Shown here: one piece after another, positions 19,049 through 33,272 of the stretch
Position numbering within the stretch: the first letter of the stretch is position 1
Layout: each line of letters opens with the position of its first letter
Assembly (NCBI GenBank): GCA_965207455.1
Contig: CBDBMJ010000001.1
Coordinates: forward strand, 1,632,001 to 1,696,000
Origin: Bdellovibrionota bacterium
Lineage (GTDB): Bacteria > Bdellovibrionota > UBA1018 > CAIPTA01 > JAALKR01
DNA: 64,000 nucleotides
Reading direction: 5' to 3'
Notes under the pieces: generated by a model
What the model saw: only the letters and a program-made list of their open reading frames with translations
What the model was told of the DNA's origin: nothing
Databases searched by the model: none
Made by a program: the position numbers and the translations under genes

Positions 19049-21898
19049 TTGAAGGGTAAAAATCAACACAAGAATATTAGGGAGCTTCTAAATCCAGCCA
19101 TTTTACAAGGGAGTGTTTCCCCCTCTTCCGCCTTATTTTTAAAAGAATGGATAGCAGATGATTTCTCTCCCCCCCTCCCCAGAGACACAGTCTCGAGAGG
19201 CACAGCCTCAAGAAACACCCCCCCAAGAAACACATCCCTTCCTCCACGGCTTTCTTCCTGGGAGAAGAGTCTAGGTCTCTTAGTGAACTATTTTATGGAG
19301 GAAAAGTATACCTTAGTGCAGTTAAACCCTGGTCGCAGGAAGCAGATAGAAGCTTATATTAATAAGTTGGGGAATCTTTCCTCTCTAACAAGTTTAGACC
19401 GAATTATTACTGCACCTGCGGAGAGTAAAGAGCATGAAGGACTTCTATGTTTTGCTCAAGAGATGGCTGTTTTCCAACTTCTTCAATTTTTAGTGCTTAA
19501 GCGATGGCACGATTTGGGATGCATTCCCTCGGCTTCCCTAGAAGACTTGGCGAAAAAACTCAATTGGCAGATTACCTCGTACCTTCGTAAGCGAAATAAG
19601 AATCAGCTTTTTATGTCTTACCAGTGGTCCTTTTTAAAGATTAATATTTACAGTTGGTTTAAGCCTTCCATGCAGGTGTGGAACAAAATTATTCACCTCA
19701 CGAAAGATATTAATCTTGCCACAGCGTCGGAGAATTTTTTAATTGAAATGTTACAGCGGTCCCATAAGAAGCCGTTTTTAAAAAAAATGGGGCTTACCTT
19801 TTCCTCCATGTATACTCGCCTCACTTGGGAGTTACTGTTCAAACAGAAGCAATTGGACGAAGGGAGCGAAGATCAGGTGACCCTTGGGTTTGGAGAGGCC
19901 AACAGAACATTTATTTCTGGTTTATCTGGAGGTTGTTCCCTTACTTCATTGTATGCAATGGACCCCAACTCTCACTGGGAAGGTATTTATGGTTTTGCCA
20001 ACAGTGAGTTTGAGAAGTTTATTTCGGAAATTCTTTTACTCTGGGCTATTGGTTTGGATACGGTTCCCGCGGTGAAGATTGAAAAAAATGATCTATTATT
20101 TCATGGAAAGAATAAAAGCCAGAAGAATTTTCCCTTTCAGTCGGCCCATGTTCCCAACGACATTGGCCATATACTTTGTTTTCCAGAAGATGCACTGGAG
20201 AGTTCATCGGATATAAAGGCAGCCATCGAGCTACTGCCGCGTATATTGGAAAACGGCACTTTGCTATTGGCGAGCAATACGTATTGGATTACAGATAATA
20301 GTAAGTTGTCTGAGTCCATGCGCAAGCACTGTTTGAGTGAATGTACTTTGCGTTTGATTATCGACTTTCGTCATCTTATTTTTCCCGACTCCGAACTTCA
20401 TGGTGGTCAGCCACCCAAATGCCTATATATATTAGAAAAGCATTCCAACCGGGAGATTCGAGATGCCAACCGTCCCCGTATTATTAAGGCAAGAGGAGTG
20501 ATTGCTGACGCCGCATCCTTAGAAAAGCTATGGCAACTTGTTTTAGATTGCATGGATATAGACTGTGACCCAGGCGAGGTAAAGAGGTTTAGTGTGGGAG
20601 AAAAACTCCAACGAGCCAATGTGGAGTGCATGTCTGCGGCTACGGACCAACGGCATCTAAACATAGCTCCATGGACCAGTTTATCGGATCCTGCTTTTTA
20701 TACTATTTCCAGCAGTCTCAAACGTCACCCCTATAAAATTGCTCATCGGGGAACATTAATTCCTCCCCAGCAACACGCTCAAATGGTGCCTTCCTTACAG
20801 CGAGGAGTATGCCTCATGGAATTGCCGGGCAAGTCTTTGTACGGAAGTTGTTACTTGAGTGAGATAGAAAAAACCTATCCCGACTATACCAAGCAATCCC
20901 GTCAATATATATTTATTCCGGATATTAATGTTATGGAAAGTCGCGCTTTCTTTGCAGCCATGATCAATTCCAGCCCTGTGCAATTTTGGTACCGACTGGA
21001 GTGGGAGCAAAACTGTTACGGCAGGAAGAGGCGTTGCACGGGCAAGCAATTGGAGATGCTCCTAAAGTTCATGCCTGTGGCGCAGTTGTTTTCCCAGGGG
21101 GATAAGTACCCGCCGTTTCAGAGTCGTGGTTCTGCTCTAGATGTGTTTCCCAGCATAGACGATATTCTGCCTTTGTTGGATCCAGATTCTTCCATAGAGG
21201 ATCGGCTACGCTTGCACCAGTATATTTTAGATTTGGAATTTACGACGGCTCACCATATTAGTATTGTAAAAGAGTGTGCAGCCCATCTGTTTCCTGATTA
21301 TGAAATTAGTCGTTGGCATATTCCAGAGGAGTTGCCGGATATTTCAGGTGAGTGTTCTTTCCAAGCGTTAAGTCATTTAGAGCAGGTTCCGTTGTGTCAA
21401 CATCCTGCCTTTCAGTTTACCTTATTAAAAAATACAACGGACTTTAAGGTTAGTAGTGTAAAGATACGTCCTCTTCATACTGGTTACCATGAGCTTACCC
21501 TGTACAGTGGATCAGTGCCCATGTTGAAAGTTCAGGGTTCCAGCCTATTGATACAAACAGCAAATGGGGCCATTCAACGTCGTATTGGACGAGCTTGGTC
21601 TGAAATATCTAAAAAGGTTACATTCCCACTGGACGAGTCATTAACACGGAAACAGATTAGTCAATTTGTGCAGCTTACGGAAACGGAAATTCAAACCACG
21701 GTGAGGGCTGTGGCTTTATTGGATTTTATTTTTTGTCGCCTGTTCCACCTAAGTGGTTCTTCTCCATTTGAGGGCGACACACAAATTATTCGCAACTACC
21801 TCAACCCAGAGAATGTGGCTTCTCTTTTAAAAACGCCTCTATTTCCATTGGACACTAAAGAATTACCTGTAAGGACCACAGGGTTCCCACAACAATAA
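19049..21898 (+). CDS. Large hypothetical protein resembling a degenerate type IIG/Eco57I-TaqI-like DNA methyltransferase
   Basis: Long ORF; TTG start after GGAG and an extended -10 (TGaTACAAT, 19011-19019). MTase-like segments are present but NPPY and GxG are not. The family call is an inference. Confidence 0.6.
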   Translation: MKGKNQHKNIRELLNPAILQGSVSPSSALFLKEWIADDFSPPLPRDTVSRGTASRNTPPRNTSLPPRLSSWEKSLGLLVNYFMEEKYTLVQLNPGRRKQIEAYINKLGNLSSLTSLDRIITAPAESKEHEGLLCFAQEMAVFQLLQFLVLKRWHDLGCIPSASLEDLAKKLNWQITSYLRKRNKNQLFMSYQWSFLKINIYSWFKPSMQVWNKIIHLTKDINLATASENFLIEMLQRSHKKPFLKKMGLTFSSMYTRLTWELLFKQKQLDEGSEDQVTLGFGEANRTFISGLSGGCSLTSLYAMDPNSHWEGIYGFANSEFEKFISEILLLWAIGLDTVPAVKIEKNDLLFHGKNKSQKNFPFQSAHVPNDIGHILCFPEDALESSSDIKAAIELLPRILENGTLLLASNTYWITDNSKLSESMRKHCLSECTLRLIIDFRHLIFPDSELHGGQPPKCLYILEKHSNREIRDANRPRIIKARGVIADAASLEKLWQLVLDCMDIDCDPGEVKRFSVGEKLQRANVECMSAATDQRHLNIAPWTSLSDPAFYTISSSLKRHPYKIAHRGTLIPPQQHAQMVPSLQRGVCLMELPGKSLYGSCYLSEIEKTYPDYTKQSRQYIFIPDINVMESRAFFAAMINSSPVQFWYRLEWEQNCYGRKRRCTGKQLEMLLKFMPVAQLFSQGDKYPPFQSRGSALDVFPSIDDILPLLDPDSSIEDRLRLHQYILDLEFTTAHHISIVKECAAHLFPDYEISRWHIPEELPDISGECSFQALSHLEQVPLCQHPAFQFTLLKNTTDFKVSSVKIRPLHTGYHELTLYSGSVPMLKVQGSSLLIQTANGAIQRRIGRAWSEISKKVTFPLDESLTRKQISQFVQLTETEIQTTVRAVALLDFIFCRLFHLSGSSPFEGDTQIIRNYLNPENVASLLKTPLFPLDTKELPVRTTGFPQQ

Positions 21899-22043
21899 AA
21901 AGAAGGGCCATTTGCTGAGATCTGCGGGCCCGACCTTTCCATGGGTGTCGGGAGTCAAAGGCAGTTCGTAGTTTCGGAATGGAAAGCAGAACCCATAGGT
22001 ACAGCCCTGAACCCAAAACAATAAAAGGAAAAAACTCATTCAT
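21855..22043 (-). CDS. Possible small two-TM membrane protein
   Basis: AAGGAG RBS and two hydrophobic segments; overlaps the end of the convergent gene. Confidence 0.4.
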   Translation of the reverse strand: MNEFFPFIVLGSGLYLWVLLSIPKLRTAFDSRHPWKGRARRSQQMALLFIVVGTLWSLQVIL

Positions 22044-22084
22044 TTTTCTTCTCCTTCTATCTCTTCGGTTGTTTTTCATGAATC

Positions 22085-22113
22085 TTGACCCCTAAGTCCT
22101 CCTAACTTACACT
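22085..22113 (+). promoter_or_regulatory. Putative sigma70 promoter giving a leaderless mRNA
   Basis: TTGACC-N17-TACACT, ending 6 nt before the ATG at 22120. Confidence 0.55.
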
Positions 22114-22119
22114 CAGACC

Positions 22120-22812
22120 ATGGTGGCTTTAGGAAAATCTCAAATTATCTACCAGCAGTTGCACTGGATCCAGCGTCGACGGGTTCGTGTGGAGAGGGCC
22201 ATTCAAAACGCCTTTGGCAAGAAAAGCATGGATAGGGTTATGGAGGGATTAGTGCCTCCCTTGGAGATGCACGATTTTTCGTTGCCCCTAGAAGAGGCAA
22301 GATCTGAGCTAAGTACCAATAAGTTTTTGCGCCAGCTTGCCTACCAGGTGGAATACAACGAGGGACGATTGTTTCAAGCCATGTTGCTCAGTATTTCTTC
22401 CCATCGCGAACAGGTAGCTCAACAAATTTTGCATTCTTCTCAGCACTCTGGACAAGAGGCTGCCCGACACTACCTCACCACATCCAGTGTAGAGTCCACC
22501 CTTTCCAGTATTTATTTTGCTATTTCTCAGGTCACATATTGGGGGTTTCCAGAGGATAAGTGTTTTTTCTCTTCCGTTCGACCTTTGAGCGATATTTTGA
22601 TTTACCACCGCACCTGCCCCCACACCACTGCATGGAAGGCCTCCGGCGTGGACACTTCATTTATGTCCGACGTTCAAAAGTGTTGGGTAGACGGACTATT
22701 AGATATTTTTTCACCAAACTTAGTGCACTATTGTACAGCCTCCATTCCCAAGGGCGACGCCTGCGGAAAAGAACATTTCATGTTTCAAGACAAGTACGTG
22801 ACCTTTGATTAG
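22120..22812 (+). CDS. Hypothetical protein with a possible V4R-like small-ligand/metal-binding C-terminus
   Basis: RTCPH and C-terminal CTASIPKGDACGKEHF, resembling the CP..C..KGD.C pattern of V4R-like domains. Confidence 0.6.
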   Translation: MVALGKSQIIYQQLHWIQRRRVRVERAIQNAFGKKSMDRVMEGLVPPLEMHDFSLPLEEARSELSTNKFLRQLAYQVEYNEGRLFQAMLLSISSHREQVAQQILHSSQHSGQEAARHYLTTSSVESTLSSIYFAISQVTYWGFPEDKCFFSSVRPLSDILIYHRTCPHTTAWKASGVDTSFMSDVQKCWVDGLLDIFSPNLVHYCTASIPKGDACGKEHFMFQDKYVTFD

Positions 22813-22945
22813 AGCTTCAGATTCACCTCGATGTTTTTATAAATCAATCCACCCATCGTGCCATCATGCGCATTAGGATTTATCTGTTTACTTATCATTA
22901 ATAGTTGTTATAATAAGCAAAAATTGACACAAGAGGGGGTTTAAA

Positions 22946-24096
22946 TTGGGAGTGTATGCTGAGTACTTGGATAAGCGTTTGAGTTTTGAAGAGATAACTA
23001 AAGAAAGAAAAAATCAGTTAGAGAGAATATCTAAATTAAGGGGGAGTGATGTTTTAGCTATTGTTGCAGACCTTAATAAGGACAGTGCTCCAATTTCTAT
23101 TAGTTACCCTGACTTACTGCCCTTGCAAGAACAATTGCAAAACCTCAAAGGAAATAAGCTTGACTTGATATTAGAAACTCCAGGTGGTTCAGGTGAAGTT
23201 GCAGAGGATATAGTACGAATATTGAGAGATAAGTATGAGGAAATAGCGGTGATTGTACCTGGATATGCGAAAAGCGCCGGGACAATAATCGCAATGTCTG
23301 CTGACGAAATATTGATGGGTCAAACTCTGCATTAGGACCGATAGATGCGCAGATTCAATGGCATGGAAAGGTCTTCTCAGCAGATGCACTGTTGGATGGA
23401 ATTAACAAAATTAAAGAAGAAGTGACATCTACGAATAGTCTGAACAAAGCATATATTCCAATCTTGCAAGGGATCTCTCCTGGCGAACTGCAAGCAGCTG
23501 AAAATGCAAAAAACTTTGCTATCCGTTTAGTTAAGGAGTGGTTATTAAAATACAAATTTAAGAATTGGGATACTCATTCAAGCAACAATCAACCTGTCAC
23601 ATTAGAAGAAAAAAAACAGAGAGCTAAGGAAATTGCTAATGCGCTTAGCGATCATAATCAATGGCTCACCCATGCTCGATCTTTGAGAATCAAAGATCTA
23701 AAGAAGCTGAGATTGAAAATAGAGGATTATTCGGAAAATAACGATTTAAACGATGCCGTAACTAGATATTTTGTACTTTTAGAAATGACTTTCCAGACAA
23801 ATATCTACAAGATTTTCGAAACAAAAGACTCTCAAATATATAGATTTATTAATCAAAATGTACCTCCTCTAAAGCAAAGCGATAAAGCTGACGGTTTCGT
23901 GATTGACGTAACCTGCAAAACGTGCCATACTCTTAATAAGATAGAAGGAAAATTCGGGAAGTCAAAAAAAATTCAAGTTGGGCATATCCCTTTTCCGAAG
24001 AACAATAAGTTTAAGTGCAGTGGTTGTGGCATTGAAATTGATATAGCTAATATTCGCCAGAAAGTTGAAGCACAAACTAAAAGGGTAATTTTCTAA
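22946..24096 (+). pseudogene. SDH family ClpP-fold serine protease with a C-terminal Zn ribbon; frameshifted near 23320 (real or a sequencing error)
   Basis: LDLILETPGGSGE, VIVPGYAKSAGTIIAMSADEILMG, then in the -1 frame NSALGPIDAQ, THARSL and CKTC..CSGC. Confidence 0.85.
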
Positions 24097-24296
24097 TGAC
24101 TCAAATTGAGAATGATAAATTCAAGATTATTTTCCAAAAGCTGAATGAAGTTCAATCCAGCGGCGATGATATTATCAATGCTTCCCAAGAAGTCTCTGAT
24201 GAACTCGAAGCTAATTCAGGCATACTAGAAGAATTGCGAATGCTTGCAGAGTCCAAGGAAGAAGCAGATCACAGGGAATTTTATACTGGAACCTGA
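24096..24296 (+). CDS. Small acidic protein translationally coupled to the protease
   Basis: TAATG stop/start overlap; 66 aa ending HREFYTGT. Confidence 0.65.
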   Translation: MTQIENDKFKIIFQKLNEVQSSGDDIINASQEVSDELEANSGILEELRMLAESKEEADHREFYTGT

Positions 24297-24379
24297 TCGT
24301 GAAACTTGTTTAAAAACTATGATCTTTCCCGAAAAGCTCTCTTCCTCTCCTATATATAGAAGAATTGTACAGCCTCCAT

Positions 24380-24519
24380 TCCCAAGGGGAGGACTAGGGT
24401 CCTTTTGCAGGCGTCTGATGAGCTGCTTGCGGTTCAGTGGACACACGCTCATGGCCTCATCGAGCTGTAACTCACTGCTCTCAAAGCCATTTTGGTGACG
24501 TTTTTTATGAGTCAATTCG
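24380..24519 (-). mobile_element. Internally deleted remnant of the rve-type IS at 43402
   Basis: Minus strand reads CGAATTGACTCATAAAAAACGTCACCAAAATGGC (the same left end), then LDEAMSVCPLNRKQLIRRLQK coding sequence and AAGGACCCTAGT from the transposase 3' end. Confidence 0.85.
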
Positions 24520-24607
24520 AAAATATTAAAGAAAATAAGTCGGAAACTGGATTTTGACCTCAAAAAATGATACACCGTGGTGTGATCTTTTAGTTTTGCC
24601 CTTACAT

Positions 24608-24679
24608 GTGTACGAGGCTTGGGTGAACACTAGCAACGGAGAAATTATCCGTACTTATAAAAATGTAATAGAACATTGA
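24608..24679 (+). pseudogene. 3' fragment of a paralogue of the FTP/PepSY propeptide gene at 44682..45371
   Basis: VYEAWVNTSNGEIIRTYKNVIEH* versus VYEARVDATNGDIIELRKNIKKN*; 35/42 nt identical to the reverse complement of 44712-44753. Confidence 0.65.
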
Positions 24680-24690
24680 AGGAAGAAAGG

Positions 24691-24726
24691 TAGGATTCAA
24701 GGAAGCTTATGCTCCCTTGAATCCTA
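24691..24726 (-). terminator. rRNA operon terminator hairpin
   Basis: TAGGATTCAAGG...CCTTGAATCCTA inverted repeat just downstream of 5S. Confidence 0.65.
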
Positions 24727-24751
24727 TAAACAAGTAAGAAAAAATGAAAAA

Positions 24752-24868
24752 TAGGACATCGTGCTGTTTTCCCACAAAGTCTCCCTTGCAGTATCATCGC
24801 CGCTGATCAGCTTAACTTCCGAGTTCGGAATGGAATCGGGTGGTTCCTGACCGCTATCAATGTCCCGA
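24752..24868 (-). rRNA. rrf: 5S rRNA
   Basis: Conserved CCCGATTCCATTCCGAACTCGGAAGTTAAG core and paired termini; ends approximate. Confidence 0.93.
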
Positions 24869-25035
24869 TTAAGGTATAGCGTAAAAGAGATGGTATGTAA
24901 AGAGGGAAAAGAAGAAAAAAGAAGAAAAGGTGGAATCTGTTTAAAGGCATTAAGAGCCTAACAACAGTGGAAGAAAGAAAGTAATAGTCAATTAAGTAGG
25001 TAGATAAACTATTCACATTATACGAGTATAAAAAG

Positions 25036-28040
<3,005 letters not shown>

Positions 28041-28158
28041 GTTATTTGTATACTCGAGTTTGCAGATAGTTTGTCTACTTTTTATTTACTTTTTCAACTA
28101 TTGCTTCTCTCATCTACTGTTGGAGTGCTCCCAAAGAGCCTCCAACATGATTCCACCT

Positions 28159-28170
28159 TTTCAAAGAACA
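28159..28170 (-). promoter_or_regulatory. boxA antitermination element in the ITS
   Basis: TGTTCTTTGAAA versus consensus TGCTCTTTAACA. Confidence 0.65.
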
Positions 28171-28234
28171 AGGGAAGAAAAAATTGCTTTTCTCCTCCCA
28201 TAAAATCGTAACGCCTACTAAATACCTTGCTCAA

Positions 28235-28311
28235 TGGTGGGCCAGGATAGACTCGAACTATCGACCTCACCCTTATCAGGGGTGTGCTCTAACCAACTGA
28301 GCTACTAGCCC
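28235..28311 (-). tRNA. tRNA-Ile(GAT)
   Basis: GGGCTAGTAGCTCAGTTGGTTAGAGCACACCCCTGATAAGGGTGAGGTCGATAGTTCGAGTCTATCCTGGCCCACCA; 77 nt with an encoded CCA. Confidence 0.97.
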
Positions 28312-28413
28312 CAACCGTTAGTTCTTAGTTTTAGTAGCTGTTCTTTCACAGCTAAACAGAATGTAAAGGAAATACGATAATGAACTTTTTAAATGCATAT
28401 TTTTGCATTGACT

Positions 28414-29966
<1,553 letters not shown>

Positions 29967-30126
29967 AAACCTGTATAAATTGTCATTTTTGTATTCACCT
30001 TCGCAAAAAGCAAAGGCAAGGAACATTATCCACTACCTCGGTATATACTCCCGATTCAGTGGCGAAACCTTCTTCAAAATATGACGTAAAACTCATCAAC
30101 GCATTTTCTCTACATTACTGTTTAGG

Positions 30127-30138
30127 TGTCAAAGAACA
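30127..30138 (-). promoter_or_regulatory. boxA in the rRNA leader
   Basis: TGTTCTTTGACA. Confidence 0.7.
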
Positions 30139-30207
30139 AACTTCTGGTCAAATAAACCTCAGAACTTAAAAAGATCTAAAATTTAATTGAGAAGAAGCAC
30201 AAGTGCA

Positions 30208-30236
30208 TTTATATGGAGAATCCTATCTCCCGTCAA
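30208..30236 (-). promoter_or_regulatory. rRNA operon promoter
   Basis: TTGACG-N17-TATAAA with an AT-rich UP-like tract at about 30241-30275. Confidence 0.7.
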
Positions 30237-30350
30237 GTTATTCTTTTAAATTCTTTTAAATAAAATTTTTTTTCTTTCACTTGCGGTGCGCCCCTGCTGG
30301 AAAAGTGGAACAATCTAGGGAAATAGACCCCATATCTGCTAAAATAAGCC

Positions 30351-31904
30351 ATGGCTCCAAACCTTTCCCTGAAATTCAAGATCCTTGGCAGCTTGTTCGT
30401 TATTGCCAGCCTTTCCGTGGGGTCGTCCCTGTTTGGCGTATGGAATCTCTTCCAGTTGGAGCAGAAACTCCAGCAAACCAATATGGAGTATATCCCCTTG
30501 TTGAAATCCCTTAGTCAATTGGAGAACCTCCAGTACCTATTGGATAATGAGTTAAGTAATGCCATCACCAGTGGGCAAGATAGGCTGGAAAGTCTCCATG
30601 CCCAAGCTATGCAGTCCAAACTCACCCGTATGCAGAAATTGTTCGACCAAGGACAGGGCGACATGCAAATTCACCTTGCCTCTCTGGAAAAGCGTTTTGC
30701 CCTTTTTCTTACCAGTATTGAGGATGTCTTCCAGAAGAAGCCTTCCTCGGAGGTTTATTTTTCGTCCACACGGGCAGCGTTCAAAAACCAGCTTAGGCAA
30801 CTCATTAGTAAGGTGGATCAGGATATCCAGCGAAACTCCCTGGAGGTGCAGAGTAATATTGGTCAATCCCTACTTTTGGTGGGGTTATTATTTGCCCTGC
30901 TTTGTGCCCTTTCGGGGTTGATATTTTATAAAATCGACGAAATATTGCAGCCCTTGGAGGGGCTTACAAAAATTGTAAAGCGTATATCTAAGCACAAGTC
31001 TCCTAGTTCGGAGTGGGGGGAACTCACAAAATACGCTCGACGTTCCGACGAGATTGGTGTTTTTTCCAAAGAATTCAGTCGCATGACATCTTCTCTCCTG
31101 GATCGCAATCAACAACTGGAGCAGCAGCAAATCACCTTGGAAAAAGCCCATCAGTCCATGCGCAAGCACAACGAAGCTTTGCAGAAAACAAAGTCCAAGC
31201 TCCTGCACCAGGAAAAGTTGGGGCTTATTGGAAAGCTCTCTGCTCAAATGGCCCATGAAATCCGAAACCCTCTCAACGCTCTTTCCCTGCAGTTAGAAAC
31301 CTTGGAGTTCGACATGCCTGCGCCCACTGAAGATTTTCAAAAAACTGTCGCCTGTATGCAGGAGCAGATCCAGTACTTAAGTTCCCTGACGGATTCCTAC
31401 CTGTCCCTGGCCAAAGCCCCGGATCTGAAGTTTGAGCATTCCGACCTAAACGAGCTTATTGAAAAATTAGAGCGTTTATATATGCCCTACTTGAAAGAAA
31501 AAAAGGTAGAGTGGCGACGGGAAACAGAGCCCCTACCTCCACTCATGCTCGACCGAAACCAGATTGCCATTGTTCTTGGGAATTTAATGAAAAACGCCTG
31601 TGAGGCAATAGAGAATAAAAGGGAGAATTTTCCAAAAGAAAGTTTTTGGATACATGTGAAATCGAGATACAATAAGGACAGGAAGCAGGTAGAGATGGAG
31701 TTTCGAGATAATGGTCCGGGTATAGTCGAGGGGGAATCCGTGTTCACCCCATTTTTTACAACAAAAGCTAAGGGAACGGGGCTGGGGCTTGCCCATTCCA
31801 AGCAAATTATTAATGCGCACAAAGGAGAAATTTCCATACTACCAGCAACGGGAACCTGTTTTCTCCTCCAGTTTCCGGCAGAGCAGGGATGGATAAATGT
31901 ATAA
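30351..31904 (+). CDS. HAMP-domain sensor histidine kinase
   Basis: Two TM segments, HAMP (RSDEIG), H-box MAHEIRNPL, N-box NLMKNACEA, DNGPG and FFTTKAKGTGLGL. Confidence 0.93.
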   Translation: MAPNLSLKFKILGSLFVIASLSVGSSLFGVWNLFQLEQKLQQTNMEYIPLLKSLSQLENLQYLLDNELSNAITSGQDRLESLHAQAMQSKLTRMQKLFDQGQGDMQIHLASLEKRFALFLTSIEDVFQKKPSSEVYFSSTRAAFKNQLRQLISKVDQDIQRNSLEVQSNIGQSLLLVGLLFALLCALSGLIFYKIDEILQPLEGLTKIVKRISKHKSPSSEWGELTKYARRSDEIGVFSKEFSRMTSSLLDRNQQLEQQQITLEKAHQSMRKHNEALQKTKSKLLHQEKLGLIGKLSAQMAHEIRNPLNALSLQLETLEFDMPAPTEDFQKTVACMQEQIQYLSSLTDSYLSLAKAPDLKFEHSDLNELIEKLERLYMPYLKEKKVEWRRETEPLPPLMLDRNQIAIVLGNLMKNACEAIENKRENFPKESFWIHVKSRYNKDRKQVEMEFRDNGPGIVEGESVFTPFFTTKAKGTGLGLAHSKQIINAHKGEISILPATGTCFLLQFPAEQGWINV

Positions 31905-33231
31905 AGCAAAAATTTTAATTGTCGACGATGAAATGAGTAACTTGATGGCTCTTAGGAAAGTGTTGGAACAGGAGAATTACAAGGTGGCCATTGCTCAAAG
32001 TGCGGACCATGGATTGCAGTACTTTGTGAGTGAAGGGGCCGACATTATTTTCACAGACATGCGTATGCCGGGAAAAAGTGGCCTAGATTTACTCCGAGCC
32101 GTCCGTAAAAAAAGTACAACCGTCCCCGTAGTTATCCTCACTGCCTTTGGAACCATCGACAACGCCGTGAGTGCCATGAAACTTGGAGCTGTGGACTTTC
32201 TAGCCAAGCCGCTCACTCGCAAGAGTATTTTGAAAGCAGTGGAAAACTGCTACCAACAAGTGCAAGCCAAACGCAACCCTCCCCGACAAGAAGAAATTTT
32301 ACTGGGGAATTGCCAAGAAATTATCAACCTCAAGCGCACCATTCGCATGGTAGCTCCCACCCAAGCCTCTGTTGTGATTGAGGGAGAAAGTGGCACAGGA
32401 AAAGAACTGGTGGCCAAGATTCTCCACCAAGAGAGCTCAATGAAAAAACCGATGGTGAGTATTAACTGTGCTGCCATACCAGAAAATCTTTTAGAGAGTG
32501 AACTCTTTGGCTATGAAAGGGGGGCGTTTACGGGTGCCAACCAATCCAAGCCCGGTTTGTTTGAGCTGGCCCATAATAGCACTTTATTTTTTGACGAAAT
32601 TGGAGAAATGCCCCTAAAGTTACAAACAAAACTTCTTCGGGTGCTTGAAGACGGTGCTTTCTTTCGCTTGGGTAGTGTGGAACCTTGTCAAACCAAGGTG
32701 CGTATTGTGGCTGCCACCAATGCCAATATACAAGCTCTTATCGCTCAAAACGCTTTCCGCAAGGACCTATGGTATCGACTCAATGTAATTTGCTTAACCA
32801 TACCTCCACTAAGAGATAGAGGAAACGATGTGCTTTTCCTAGCTGATCATTTTTTAAAAAGAACCGCAAAAAAATACAAACGAACGGATATTCATTTTTC
32901 CGTCGACGCGATCAAAGTAATAAAAAGCTACCACTGGCCGGGGAATATACGCGAACTCTCCAATGCAGTGGAACGATCCGTGGTAATGACATCTGGAAAT
33001 AGCATTGAAGTGCCTGTGCTACGAATCTTACAAAGCACAAACTCATCCTACTTAAATGAACCCCTTACCATCCCCATGGGCACGAGCTTAAAAAGTATTG
33101 AATCCACTGTAATCCACAAAACCTTGGAAGCCATGGACGGAGATAAAAACCGAACCGCTAAAGCCCTTGGCGTAAACCTCCGAACCATATACCGCAAACT
33201 GCAAGAGAATCCTCCACAGGCAGATAATTGA
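31897..33231 (+). CDS. Sigma54-dependent (NtrC/AtoC family) response regulator
   Basis: REC domain (IVDDE, DMRMP), GESGTGKE, ESELFGYERGAFTGA, WPGNIREL and a Fis-type HTH. Confidence 0.95.
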   Translation: MYKAKILIVDDEMSNLMALRKVLEQENYKVAIAQSADHGLQYFVSEGADIIFTDMRMPGKSGLDLLRAVRKKSTTVPVVILTAFGTIDNAVSAMKLGAVDFLAKPLTRKSILKAVENCYQQVQAKRNPPRQEEILLGNCQEIINLKRTIRMVAPTQASVVIEGESGTGKELVAKILHQESSMKKPMVSINCAAIPENLLESELFGYERGAFTGANQSKPGLFELAHNSTLFFDEIGEMPLKLQTKLLRVLEDGAFFRLGSVEPCQTKVRIVAATNANIQALIAQNAFRKDLWYRLNVICLTIPPLRDRGNDVLFLADHFLKRTAKKYKRTDIHFSVDAIKVIKSYHWPGNIRELSNAVERSVVMTSGNSIEVPVLRILQSTNSSYLNEPLTIPMGTSLKSIESTVIHKTLEAMDGDKNRTAKALGVNLRTIYRKLQENPPQADN

Positions 33232-33272
33232 AGAGTTATTGTAATAAAAATTAAGCTTGGGTTAAACAAAAA

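Noticed and set aside
24225..24575. 116-aa minus-strand ORF
   Set aside because: A chance read-through of IS remnant pieces rather than a gene.
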